From Acidimicrobiia bacterium (lineage in GTDB: Bacteria; Actinomycetota; Acidimicrobiia; Acidimicrobiales; Aldehydirespiratoraceae): a stretch of 64,000 nt of DNA. Shown here piece by piece: positions 19,382-29,225 of the stretch (positions are counted from its first letter, which is position 1; each line of letters begins with the position of its first letter). Below the pieces are notes generated by a model that saw nothing but the letters and a program-made list of their open reading frames with translations, made no database searches and had not been told where the DNA came from. The stretch is taken from positions 4,721 to 68,720 of the forward strand of contig JAHQYN010000003.1 of assembly GCA_024421085.1 (NCBI GenBank), given 5' to 3'. A program made the position numbers and the translations under genes.

Positions 19382-22129
19382 GTGACTGGCGACAGACCGA
19401 AGCTGATTGAGGTGGCGTTGCCGTTGGTTGCGATCAACGAGGCGGCGGCGAGGGAGAAGTCGATTCGGCATGGGCATCCTTCGACGTTGCATCTTTGGTG
19501 GGCTCGTCGGCCGTTGGCTGCTACTCGGGCGGTGATCTGGGCCTCGTTGGTGGATGACCCGTCGGGCGATGAGTCGTTGACGCTGGCGGAGCAGGAAACG
19601 GAGCGGCAGCGGTTGTTCGGGATCCTTGAACGGTTGGTGGTGTGGGAGAACTCCAACGATCCTGAGGTGCTGGCGGAGGCGAAGGCTGAGATCGACCGGT
19701 GTTTTCCAGACGGGCCGCCGCCGATCCTTGATCCATTTGCTGGGGGTGGGGCGATTCCGTTGGAGGCGCAGCGGCTTGGACTCACCGCGCTTGCCGGGGA
19801 TTTGAACCCGGTGGCGGTGTTGATCAACAAGGCGATGATCGAGATTCCGCCGCGGTTCGCGGGGATGGTGCCGGTCCATCCGAGCATCGAGAAGACTCTG
19901 ACCACTTGGGAGCGGGCGCAGGGACTGGCGGCCGATGTGGAAGCCTACGGCCAGTGGATGCGCGACGAAGCGAAACGCCGGATCGGGCATCTGTATCCCG
20001 ACGCGACAGGCCCCGACGGGGAACAGCTCACGCCTATCGCCTGGATCTGGGCGCGGACTGTCGAGTCGCCGGATCCGTCTTGGTCGGGCCACGTACCTTT
20101 GGTGGCATCGTGGACGCTCGCCAACAAACCCGGCAAGCCCAAGGTGTGGATCGAGCCCATCATCGACCGGGATGCCCAGACGATCAGCTACGAGATCCGC
20201 GAAGGCGGCGAACCCACAGTCGAACGGACGGTTGGTAGGGGCGGTGGAACATGCATTGCTACGGGCTCGGCTATGTCGTTGGCATATGTGAGGGCCGAGG
20301 GCTTGGCTGGCCGTATGAGCCAGCAGTTGGTCGCGGTTGTTGCTGAGGGCCAACCGGGAAGAGTGTATTTGGCTCCTACAGACGAAGATGTTGAGGGTGC
20401 GTGTGACGCTCCTGAGGTTTCGTTTGGTGCTATGCCGACGAAACACCGCAACTTTCAGACTCCGGCGTATGGCATGGGGAGGTTGGAGGAGTTGTTCTCG
20501 GGGCGGCAGTTGGTGGCGTTGACGACGTTTTCGGATCTGCTGGGTGAGGTTCAAGAACGGATTCTGGCGGATGCCGTCGCGGCTGGTTTGTCTGATGATG
20601 GGATGCGGTTGCGCGACGGCGGGCGAGGAGCGCCGGCGTACGCGGACGCCATCGTGACCTACCTCGCGTTCGCAATCGACAAGTGCGCCGATTTGGGCAA
20701 TTCGCTAGTTCGGTGGGAACCAGTTGCCCAATGCCCAAGACAGCTGTTCGGTCGGCAGGCTATTCCAATGGTCTGGGACTACGCGGAGGCAAATCCGTTT
20801 AGCTCAAGTTCTGGTTCATTTGGTGTGTGTCTTGGTGGGACGGTCAAGGGTCTGCTCAGTCTCGGACTAGTACTCGGTACTGAGGCGGAAGTAACTCAAC
20901 GGGATGCGCGAGCAAGAGTCCAGGAATGTTCGGGTGCTGTGATCTCGACTGATCCGCCGTATTACGACAACATTTCCTATGCGGACCTGTCGGATTTCTT
21001 CTATGTGTGGTTGCGGCGGAATGCTGGTGATGTGTGGCCGGTCGAGTGTTCGACGTTGCTGACCCCGAAGGCTGAGGAGTTGATCGCGAACCGTTACCGC
21101 GCTGGCTCGAGGGAGGAAGCGGAGGAGCATTTCGAGTCGGGTATGGCCGAGTTCATGGCGCAGGTCGCAGAGAGCCACCCGCACGATGTGCCAGCAACGA
21201 TCTACTACGCCTATAAGGCGACCGAGACCAAAGATGGCCAGGTCCGCACCACTGGTTGGGACACGTTCTTGCAAGCTGTTCTGGATGCGGGTCTGCAAGT
21301 CAACGCTACTTGGCCCCTAAGGACCGAGAACAAGAGCCGATTAACCGCACAAGCTGCCAACGCGTTGGCGTCGTCGATCGTGTTGGCGTGTCGTCCCCGG
21401 GCGGTGTCGGCCTCGCTGGCGACTCGTGGTGAGTTCATGGGGGCGCTTCGTAGTGAACTGCCGGAGGCGGTGCGGTTGTTGCAGTCGGGTAATATCGCCC
21501 CGGTGGACATGGCTCAGTCCACTATCGGGCCGGGGATCAAGGTGTTCTCTCGGTATGCCAAGGTGGTGGAGGCTGACGGGTCGTCGATGTCGGTGTCGGT
21601 GGCGTTGCGGATCATCAACGATGTGCTTGGTGAGATACTTGACGGTGAAGAAGCGGAACTCGACCGCGACACACGGTTCGCGTTGAGTTGGTTCGCACAA
21701 CACGGCTACAACCCCGGCCCGTCAGGAGATGCGGACAGCGTCGCTCGGGCGAAGAACACGTCGCTGGGGGGTATCAGAGATTCCGGTATCGGTGAGGCGC
21801 GCCAAGGCGAGTTCCGTCTTTTCGAGCGCGGCGAACTGGCCGACGACTGGTCGCCGGTGGACGATCCCCGCCTTACCGTCTGGGAGGCGTTGCAATATCT
21901 CGTTGCTGCTCTGGAGAGGTCAGAGTCAGAAGCCGCGGAACTGTTCCGTCGACTCGGCGGATATGCCGACAGGGCCCGCCAGCTCGCTTATGTGTTGTAC
22001 CAGAAGGCCAACGACAAGGGCTGGGCCACCGAAGCCGGCGCCTACAACGCCCTCATCGCCGCCTGGCCAAACCTGATCGCAACGGCAGCGACAGCTTCCG
22101 CACGTATCAATCAGCAGACCTTGCTATAG
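19382..22129 (+). CDS. DUF1156-type DNA methyltransferase (915 aa)
   Basis: N-terminus LIEVALPLVAINEAAAREKSIRHGHPSTLHLWWARRPLAA is the DUF1156 signature as I recall it. Motif IV is STDPPYYDNISYADLSDFFYVW. Confidence 0.8.
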   Translation: MTGDRPKLIEVALPLVAINEAAAREKSIRHGHPSTLHLWWARRPLAATRAVIWASLVDDPSGDESLTLAEQETERQRLFGILERLVVWENSNDPEVLAEAKAEIDRCFPDGPPPILDPFAGGGAIPLEAQRLGLTALAGDLNPVAVLINKAMIEIPPRFAGMVPVHPSIEKTLTTWERAQGLAADVEAYGQWMRDEAKRRIGHLYPDATGPDGEQLTPIAWIWARTVESPDPSWSGHVPLVASWTLANKPGKPKVWIEPIIDRDAQTISYEIREGGEPTVERTVGRGGGTCIATGSAMSLAYVRAEGLAGRMSQQLVAVVAEGQPGRVYLAPTDEDVEGACDAPEVSFGAMPTKHRNFQTPAYGMGRLEELFSGRQLVALTTFSDLLGEVQERILADAVAAGLSDDGMRLRDGGRGAPAYADAIVTYLAFAIDKCADLGNSLVRWEPVAQCPRQLFGRQAIPMVWDYAEANPFSSSSGSFGVCLGGTVKGLLSLGLVLGTEAEVTQRDARARVQECSGAVISTDPPYYDNISYADLSDFFYVWLRRNAGDVWPVECSTLLTPKAEELIANRYRAGSREEAEEHFESGMAEFMAQVAESHPHDVPATIYYAYKATETKDGQVRTTGWDTFLQAVLDAGLQVNATWPLRTENKSRLTAQAANALASSIVLACRPRAVSASLATRGEFMGALRSELPEAVRLLQSGNIAPVDMAQSTIGPGIKVFSRYAKVVEADGSSMSVSVALRIINDVLGEILDGEEAELDRDTRFALSWFAQHGYNPGPSGDADSVARAKNTSLGGIRDSGIGEARQGEFRLFERGELADDWSPVDDPRLTVWEALQYLVAALERSESEAAELFRRLGGYADRARQLAYVLYQKANDKGWATEAGAYNALIAAWPNLIATAATASARINQQTLL

Positions 22130-22229
22130 ACTCCCGTGGGGTTATGTTTCCGGGCCCTCCTCGAAACCCTCACTCCGACCTAAAACGCGAAGCTCCAGGA
22201 TAGCTTCATCCAATTCTCAGAGATCGCGT

Positions 22230-22919
22230 CTATCTTGCTATCGCTCCGCCCGTCGCGGTTGCGTGAAGATCCCATGCGAAGTGAATCTGTTTGCGGTCAT
22301 TGTCTGCCAGCGAACCCGGACCTATGTGAAGGGCATGTGCTGTCGCGAAGAACGTACGGTGAGCGGCGTGGAGGGGCGCGTGAAAGTGGCGGAAGACGAA
22401 GTCGAGAAACCGCATGACGTGAAGCGGTGCAACGCAAGCGATCCGACAATCGACGCTGTTGATCGTAAAGTGGCTCGCAGGGTGCCCTTGGGCTGAGGTT
22501 TCGCTGTCGAAGTCAAAGCGAATCGGTGAGCGTAAGACTGCGTCGGAATCTCGGTAGAGGTCGACGATGTCGGCCAGTGGCTGCCCTTCCCTGAGCATAG
22601 CGTGGTCAAGGATGTACGGGCACGGGAAGTAGGAGAGACGATGCCGCGTGACCTCGCCGTCTTCCACCGTGTAAGAGAGCTGGATGAGGCTGCCGTCATA
22701 GAGCAGGGCCGAATAGTCACCGTTCGTGAGCCAGGTCACGTACTGGTCGATCGTCGGGTGCTCAAAGCTCTCAATGAGAGCGCCGTCGCGATGGAGAGGG
22801 TGCCACGACACCACATCCAGTCCCATCGAGACCTCAGTCGCGAACAGCGCCAGTTCCGCGTCACGCAGATAGTCAAGCGCGTTGCGAATCTGGTCTCGGA
22901 TAACCCTAACGGTCGCCAT
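22230..22919 (-). CDS. hypothetical protein, small partner of the upstream helicase (possibly DUF2290-like)
   Basis: 229-aa ORF in a lower-GC patch. Its start overlaps the helicase stop by 14 nt. No catalytic motif recognised. The DUF2290 idea rests only on gene-pair architecture recalled from memory. Confidence 0.55.
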   Translation of the reverse strand: MATVRVIRDQIRNALDYLRDAELALFATEVSMGLDVVSWHPLHRDGALIESFEHPTIDQYVTWLTNGDYSALLYDGSLIQLSYTVEDGEVTRHRLSYFPCPYILDHAMLREGQPLADIVDLYRDSDAVLRSPIRFDFDSETSAQGHPASHFTINSVDCRIACVAPLHVMRFLDFVFRHFHAPLHAAHRTFFATAHALHIGPGSLADNDRKQIHFAWDLHATATGGAIAR

Positions 22920-25056
22920 TTGCGATGTCGGACTTGAGGCTGTGGACTAGTTTGGTACGTAGTGCTGGCGGCAGATCGAGGAGATCCAGTTCTCCCCGCT
23001 CATAAGCCTCAAGGAACACGGAGAGGCCCTCGGTCGCTTTACGCAGTGATTCCTCGACACCCTGTGGTCGATCACGATGAAGGTGTCGCAGCTCCGCCAA
23101 CTTGCTACTCGTCGGAATAGTGAACTCAAGCTTATAGCCCTTGGAGCAGACGGTCTTAACCTCTTGCACTATCGGATCCATCTGCGCTCCCCACCCGGTG
23201 ATACGGACCCAGGCGCGGCTTCGCGTGATGGCCGTGAAGAGGCTGTTTCTCCTTGTGACTACGTTGAACTGCTCAGCCGCGTGCTGGCTATCGACCGCGT
23301 AAACCATCGGTGCCTCGTTGCCCTTGGCGCGGTATATGTGAGCTATTGCGACGGAGTCAGGCTGGAACACCACGTCAGCGCTTGTGTTGACTCCTACAAG
23401 GTGTGACTGGACACCTCGACGGCTGAGATGCCGCATCAGGCGCGGAGCGCGGGACTTCGCCGTGTAGGAGTCAGGAAGAACGATGAGGATGTCGTCGGGC
23501 TCAAGTTCGTCTTGCGACAAGTTACGCTCAATCTCGCTCGCGATCCGTGCGTCGTGCTCGTCCCGGGTCGAGAACGACCAGACCGCGATCGAGTCCGGCG
23601 CTTCAAGCAGCTCTGAGAAATACGATGGGTAGCTCGTGTCCGAACGCTCCAATGTCGCTGGCGAACCCCAAGACAGGTGCCCATGCACGACGTTGTAGCC
23701 GACCTCACGCCAGAGGGTTGGCTCGTCGGGGTGTTGAAGCAGTCCTTCATCGCGATAGACACCGACTCCAAGCGCATGCGCAGTCGCCAGCGCCCACGGA
23801 GTGTTTCGGTAGCAGACCGGGAGGACGATGTCGCGCCGAGGTTCTCCATCGGCTGAAGCGAGGCTGATCAAGTTCTCGCCGTTTGGACCAGTCCCAAACA
23901 ACTCGTCGGTGGTGGGCATGGCTGTCTCTGAGAGCTTCTGCAGTTCGTCGTAACCCCAGACAATCCGCTTCGGGTCTTTGGTAAACAGGTACACGAGCTG
24001 GAAGAACTCCGCTGGCAGATCCTGCGCTTCGTCGATCAGCACTGCGTCGAATATCGGTCGAACGTCATGTGAGCGGGCGACTTCGAGAAGTTCGCGGCAT
24101 GCACCTGCGAATGCCCCGTCCATCCCGTACTTGCCCCTCGCGTACGACCAGTTCCTCGCAGGCTCACCAAGCGCCGACGCGATCAAACTGTACGCACCGG
24201 CCCGGGCGCTCGACCCCCATGAGTGAATAATTCGGAGCCGGCTCTCATCGGGCGTATCGTTCGTGTGCTCGAACGTGAATCGAGTCACCAAGTCGTTGAT
24301 CTGTTGGTACAGGGCGCGGGAGTGGAAGGTCAGAGCGATGTGCCAGTCGGGATGTTGCGAGTGCCAGTAGGCGGCTTTCAGAGCTAGGACGACCGTCTTG
24401 CCTGATCCGGCGAGTCCGCGAATTCGCTGTGGCCCTTCTGGGCTCTCGATCGCAGCAGCTTTTTGCCATCGATCGAGGTTCGCGATGCCGCTCTCAATCT
24501 TCTTGAGGATGGCACCCCGCGAATTGTCCTTTGTTACCGCACTTCGCTTCTTGGCCGGCTTGATGGTCGTGACTCGCTGCAACGCGGCCTGTAGGTTTGT
24601 CTCAATCTCCGCAGAGATCGCGGGCAGATCCTTCACCCAGTCCCGAACCTTCTCTATCGAACCGTAGAACCCCTCTGAATCACTTGGTGCATTGGAGGGT
24701 GGAGTGTTGGCGAAAACTGTGGCCGTTTCGGGGCGTATCGCCACGCGCCGTCCTTCCCGAAGGCCTTCGTGGCGACTGAGGTGGCTCTCGAGGATCGCGA
24801 ACAGGCGATCCTGATCAGCGATGATCTTATTCCACTCCTCGTCGCACGTTGGCACCGAATCGGCTAGAAGGAACGCGACTAGTCCGTGCGCTCTGCACAC
24901 CAAGAGAGCGTCTACCTCAACACGCTCGTCTGCGGTCGCCAGCACCGGATAGCCAAGATAGACGGTCCCCTCCCCAACGACCGGTTGGAGTTGCTCAACC
25001 AACGCTTGGGCAATCGTTCGATTCCGGCTCTCGCCGTACACAACCTCAAGTGACAT
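22906..25056 (-). CDS. SF1 (UvrD/Rep-like) helicase with N-terminal NERD-like domain
   Basis: Walker A GLAGSGKTVVLA, Walker B VLIDEAQDL, and late motifs YRAKGNEAP and FTAITRSRAW. The N-terminal ~110 aa resembles a degenerate NERD module. Confidence 0.8.
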   Translation of the reverse strand: MSLEVVYGESRNRTIAQALVEQLQPVVGEGTVYLGYPVLATADERVEVDALLVCRAHGLVAFLLADSVPTCDEEWNKIIADQDRLFAILESHLSRHEGLREGRRVAIRPETATVFANTPPSNAPSDSEGFYGSIEKVRDWVKDLPAISAEIETNLQAALQRVTTIKPAKKRSAVTKDNSRGAILKKIESGIANLDRWQKAAAIESPEGPQRIRGLAGSGKTVVLALKAAYWHSQHPDWHIALTFHSRALYQQINDLVTRFTFEHTNDTPDESRLRIIHSWGSSARAGAYSLIASALGEPARNWSYARGKYGMDGAFAGACRELLEVARSHDVRPIFDAVLIDEAQDLPAEFFQLVYLFTKDPKRIVWGYDELQKLSETAMPTTDELFGTGPNGENLISLASADGEPRRDIVLPVCYRNTPWALATAHALGVGVYRDEGLLQHPDEPTLWREVGYNVVHGHLSWGSPATLERSDTSYPSYFSELLEAPDSIAVWSFSTRDEHDARIASEIERNLSQDELEPDDILIVLPDSYTAKSRAPRLMRHLSRRGVQSHLVGVNTSADVVFQPDSVAIAHIYRAKGNEAPMVYAVDSQHAAEQFNVVTRRNSLFTAITRSRAWVRITGWGAQMDPIVQEVKTVCSKGYKLEFTIPTSSKLAELRHLHRDRPQGVEESLRKATEGLSVFLEAYERGELDLLDLPPALRTKLVHSLKSDIANGDR

Positions 25057-25214
25057 GTCTTGGATCCTTTGCCGCCGATACTCCCGGTCACACTATGGCG
25101 GCGGGTCAGAACTCGCTAGTCCCAAATCGTTCATCAGTGGGTGGGGCCGAGGGGTGCGCGTCCTCGAAAAGCCGCTCTGGTGTGGGAAGACGCGTGAAGT
25201 TGGCCCTGATCCAG

Positions 25215-26390
25215 CTAGAGGCGGTCGAATGCCTGCTCTAGGTCGCCGAGGAGGTCGTCGAGGGCTTCGAGGCCCACGCTGAGGCGGAGCAGGTCATCAG
25301 CGACTTCCAGAGGCGAACCCGCCGCGGATGCGTGGGTCATCGCGCCTGGATGCTCGATCAGCGACTCGACCGCCCCCAGCGACTCGGCCAGCACGAACAC
25401 TCGAGTGCTCGCCGCCAACCGCATCGCTGCATCCGCACCGCCGACAACCCGAAACGACACCATCCCGCCGAAGTCGCGCATCTGGCGAACCGCGGTCTCA
25501 TGGCCCGGGTGATCGGTAAGGCCCGGATAGAACACTTCAACCACCTCGGCCGTGCCGGTCAAGAACTCGGCCACGGCGCGGGCACTGTCGCAATGACGAT
25601 CCATCCGCACCGCCAGCGTCTTGAGGCCTCGCAGAGTCAGGTAGTTGTCGAACGGGCTGCCGACCGCGCCCACCGCCTTCTGCAGAAACTCGAGCTGTTC
25701 AGCAAACTCGTTGTCGTTCAGCGCCAAGAACCCGCCGACCACGTCTGAGTGGCCGCCGCAGTACTTGGTGGTCGAGTGGACCACCACATCGGCGCCCAGC
25801 GTCAAGGGCTGCTGCAGGTACGGAGTGGCGAAGGTGTTGTCAACGACCAGCCTCGCCCCGACGCTGTGCGTGACTTCGGCGACCGCGGCGATATCGATCA
25901 CCGTCAACGAGGGGTTGGTGGGCGTCTCCACCCAAACGACCTTCGTCGCCGACGGAAGTGCCTCACGCAAGCCCGCCAGGTCGGTCAGGTCGACCGCAGA
26001 CCAGGTGATGCCCATCGGGACCAGCACATGCGCGATCAGACGGAAAGTCCCGCCGTAGGCATCGTCGCCCAACACGATGTGGTCGCCCGGCGCCAGCGTG
26101 CGCAGCAAGGTGTCTTCAGCCGCCATGCCGGAAGCGAAAGCCAGTCCGTGGTCGGCAGCCTCAAGCGATGCGAGGCACTCCTGCAGCGCGGTGCGCGTCG
26201 GGTTGGAGACCCGGGCATACAAGTAACCCCGGTTCACCCCGACCTCCTCCTGCACGAAGGTCGTCGCCAGCGAGATCGGTGTGACCACCGCCCCGCTGCT
26301 GACATCGTGGGGCTGTCCGGCCCTGATTGCACGGGTCTCAAAACCCCAGGCCTGCGCGTCGGCAAAAATATCGTCAGCCACCAAAGTCAC
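25215..26390 (-). CDS. metB: cystathionine gamma-synthase/gamma-lyase (PLP, Cys/Met metabolism family)
   Basis: ETRAIRAG... and the PLP-lysine region HSTTKYCGGHSDVVGG. Start uncertain (GTG 26390 or ATG 26414); either overlaps the cbs 3' end. Confidence 0.85.
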   Translation of the reverse strand: MTLVADDIFADAQAWGFETRAIRAGQPHDVSSGAVVTPISLATTFVQEEVGVNRGYLYARVSNPTRTALQECLASLEAADHGLAFASGMAAEDTLLRTLAPGDHIVLGDDAYGGTFRLIAHVLVPMGITWSAVDLTDLAGLREALPSATKVVWVETPTNPSLTVIDIAAVAEVTHSVGARLVVDNTFATPYLQQPLTLGADVVVHSTTKYCGGHSDVVGGFLALNDNEFAEQLEFLQKAVGAVGSPFDNYLTLRGLKTLAVRMDRHCDSARAVAEFLTGTAEVVEVFYPGLTDHPGHETAVRQMRDFGGMVSFRVVGGADAAMRLAASTRVFVLAESLGAVESLIEHPGAMTHASAAGSPLEVADDLLRLSVGLEALDDLLGDLEQAFDRL

Positions 26391-27747
26391 CTTTCGACAG
26401 GAACGACAGCACATCGCTCGAAGAGACCACCGCTCGGGGCCGCCCGCCATCGAGCACCAGCAACGCTGAACACGACTCCAGCATCTCGACTGCCAAGGCG
26501 ATCGGTTGCCCGGAACCGACAGTGCGCAGCTTCGGGCCCATGATGTCGTAGACCGTCTTGTCGAGTACCGAATCGTTGCCGAAGGCGAGATCCATGATGC
26601 GCAGTTCGCTGACCGACCCCATCACCTCGGCGTTGGCCAGCGGCATCTCGCCCTTGGCCACCGGTAGCTGCGAGACCCCGTGCTCGCCCATCATCTGCAC
26701 CGCTTCGCTGACAGTGGCGTCAGGTTGCACATAGAGCAGGTCCGGAACGTCTTGGCGGCGCGAGTCGAGCACCTCGGCGACCACCGGTCCCGATCCCCGC
26801 AAGAACCCGAATCCGGCCATCCACTCATCGTTGAAGACGGTGCTCAGATAGAGCCGCCCGTTGTCGGGGAGCAGCACCACCACCAGATCGTCGGGGCCGC
26901 ACCCGCGGGCCACTTGCACCGCAGCATTGACCGCGGTGCCGCAGGACCCTCCGATCAGCAGCCCTTCGGACTCGGTCACCTCGCGGGCGGTCAGAAAGGA
27001 GTCCCGGTCGCTCACTGCGATGGTGCGGTCAATGATCGAGGCGTCGTAGGTGTCGGGGAAGAAGTCCTCGCCGATCCCCTCGACGAGATAGGGGCGACCG
27101 CTGCCCCCGGAGAATACCGACCCCTCCGGGTCGGCCGCGATGATCTGCACGTCGGGGTTTCTGTCCTTCAGGTAGCGGCCGACGCCGCTGAGCGTCCCGC
27201 CGGTCCCTGCGCCGGCGACGAAATGGGTGATCCGGCCGTCGGTCTGGCGCCACAGCTCGGGACCTGTCGTCTCCAGGTGGGCTTGAGGGTTGGCAGGATT
27301 GTGGTACTGGTCGGGCCGGAACGCTCCGGGGATCTCCTTCACGAGCCGGGCGGCCGTGGAGTAGTAGGAGGCGGGGTCATCAGGAGCGACCGCGACCGGG
27401 CAGGTCACAACCTCCGCGCCGTAGGCGCGGAGCAGGTCGACCTTTTCAGCGCCCACCTTGCTGGTCACTACGAAGATGCAGCGGTAGCCGCGCTGGGCTG
27501 CCACGATCGCTAGCCCGACGCCGGTGTTGCCCGAAGTCGGCTCGACGATGGTGCCGCCGGGCTGGAGCAGGCCCTCCCGTTCAGCGGTGTCGATCATGGC
27601 GATCGCCGGGCGGTCCTTCGAACTGCCGCCGGGGTTCACGGCCTCGATCTTGGCCACGACCGGACACGGCAGGCCGTCGCTGATGCGTCGGAGCTTGACG
27701 AGGGGGGTGTTGCCGACCATGTCGAGCACCGAGTCGTGAATCTCCAT
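26374..27747 (-). CDS. cbs: cystathionine beta-synthase with C-terminal CBS-domain pair
   Basis: MVGNTPLVKL...NPGGSSKDR PLP fold plus a C-terminal tandem CBS region. Paired with metB. Confidence 0.9.
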   Translation of the reverse strand: MEIHDSVLDMVGNTPLVKLRRISDGLPCPVVAKIEAVNPGGSSKDRPAIAMIDTAEREGLLQPGGTIVEPTSGNTGVGLAIVAAQRGYRCIFVVTSKVGAEKVDLLRAYGAEVVTCPVAVAPDDPASYYSTAARLVKEIPGAFRPDQYHNPANPQAHLETTGPELWRQTDGRITHFVAGAGTGGTLSGVGRYLKDRNPDVQIIAADPEGSVFSGGSGRPYLVEGIGEDFFPDTYDASIIDRTIAVSDRDSFLTAREVTESEGLLIGGSCGTAVNAAVQVARGCGPDDLVVVLLPDNGRLYLSTVFNDEWMAGFGFLRGSGPVVAEVLDSRRQDVPDLLYVQPDATVSEAVQMMGEHGVSQLPVAKGEMPLANAEVMGSVSELRIMDLAFGNDSVLDKTVYDIMGPKLRTVGSGQPIALAVEMLESCSALLVLDGGRPRAVVSSSDVLSFLSKGDFGG

Positions 27748-27875
27748 CGCAGTTCCTTGAATTTGTGACGGCAGCCGTATTGTGGCATCTCTTGGCGCCG
27801 GCGGACTCAGCCAGCGTATGCGCCTTGAGTCCGATCACGATAGTTTCTGACCGCTTGCCAACATGGAGAGGTGAA

Positions 27876-29156
27876 ATGTCTGACAAGGGAGCGTCTGGCA
27901 AGGGAGCGTCTCACAACGGATCGTCTCACAAAGCGGGGTTGCTCTCGGGCGTGCGCGTGATCGAGTCGAGTTTGCTGGGGCCCGGGCATGCGGCAACGTT
28001 CCTCGCCGATCTCGGCGCCGATGTGATCAAGGTCGAGTCGCCCGCCGGTGACTACATCCGTGCGATGACCTGGCCCATCGTCAACGGCGTGTCGCTGCTA
28101 CACCTGCACACCCACCGCGGCAAACGGAGTGTGACGCTCAACTTGAAGACCGATGAGGGCAAACAGCTCTACCTTGACCTGGTAGCCACCGCGGACGTGG
28201 TGTTGGAGGCCATGCGGCCCGGCACCCTGGCCCGCCTGGGGCTCGGCTACGAAGACCTCAAGACGGTCAACCCCAGGATCGTCTTCGCCACGCTCTCCGG
28301 CTACGGATCGACCGGCCCGTACCGGGATATGCCGAGCCACGGCATCGCCTACGACACCTGGTCGGGCATAGTCCAGCCGGTCACCGACGACGAGGGCTTC
28401 ACTCGGATCCCCCCGACGATGCCCAACGTGGGGATCAACGTCGGCCCGATGGTGGCGGCGATGGCGATACTGGCTGGCATCGTCTCGGCTCGTGAGACCG
28501 GTGAGGGATGCTCGTTGGAGATGGCCCAGTCAGACGCCGCGGCCTACATGGACTGGTACCGGATCGAGTCGGAGAGGGCATATCTGCGGCCCGAGGACGA
28601 AGTCACCGGCAACCCCTCAGACGACTACGTGCGCCGCCCCGCCGGTCTGGCCGGGATGTGGGAGGGTGTCCGCTACCAGATGTACGAGTCGACCGACGGC
28701 CATGTCCTGTTCATGGCTTCTGAACAGGCATTCTGGAAGAACTTCTGTGAAGGGGTCGAGCGCATGGACCTGTTCGAGCGCTGGCCGGGCTCCACCTATG
28801 CCGATCATGCGCGCGGCAACACCGAGCTGCAGCGTGAACTCCAGGGAATCTTCAAGACCCGCAGCAGCCGGGAGTGGCTCGATTTCGCCAACGAGCACAA
28901 TACGACAATCGCCCCGGTCAACACGCCTTCCAACATCGGCGACGACCCGCAGTTCCAGGCCCGCATGGGTTTCTACCCGACCGAGGAACTCGGCTGCGAG
29001 CAGTTGCCGCTGCCGGTGTTCGTCGACGGCGAGGCGCTCCGCTGCCCGACGATGGCACCCACCGTCGGAGAGCACAACGAAGACGTGCTGGCCACAGTGC
29101 TCGACAAGTCCCCCGCCGAGATCGCCGCCCTTCGAGACGCAGGTGCCTTCGGCTGA
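27876..29156 (+). CDS. family III CoA-transferase (CaiB/BaiF type)
   Basis: GVRVIESSLLGPGHAATFLADLGADVIKVE. Start reset to the ATG preceded by GGAGAGG. Confidence 0.85.
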   Translation: MSDKGASGKGASHNGSSHKAGLLSGVRVIESSLLGPGHAATFLADLGADVIKVESPAGDYIRAMTWPIVNGVSLLHLHTHRGKRSVTLNLKTDEGKQLYLDLVATADVVLEAMRPGTLARLGLGYEDLKTVNPRIVFATLSGYGSTGPYRDMPSHGIAYDTWSGIVQPVTDDEGFTRIPPTMPNVGINVGPMVAAMAILAGIVSARETGEGCSLEMAQSDAAAYMDWYRIESERAYLRPEDEVTGNPSDDYVRRPAGLAGMWEGVRYQMYESTDGHVLFMASEQAFWKNFCEGVERMDLFERWPGSTYADHARGNTELQRELQGIFKTRSSREWLDFANEHNTTIAPVNTPSNIGDDPQFQARMGFYPTEELGCEQLPLPVFVDGEALRCPTMAPTVGEHNEDVLATVLDKSPAEIAALRDAGAFG

Positions 29157-29225
29157 CCGCGGCATTCCTGACCGATCGTTGTCGCAGGGTTGGCAGTGGG
29201 GGCGTCGGCCTGCGAACGTTGGGGC

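Noticed and set aside
18600-25215. Short shared strings at both edges of the 18.6-25.1 kb island (ggatcctt(t)gc, tcagaac...gctag) considered as att-like direct repeats.
   Set aside because: Only ~10 bp with gaps, and I could not show they exceed chance similarity (no statistics run). No integrase is present.
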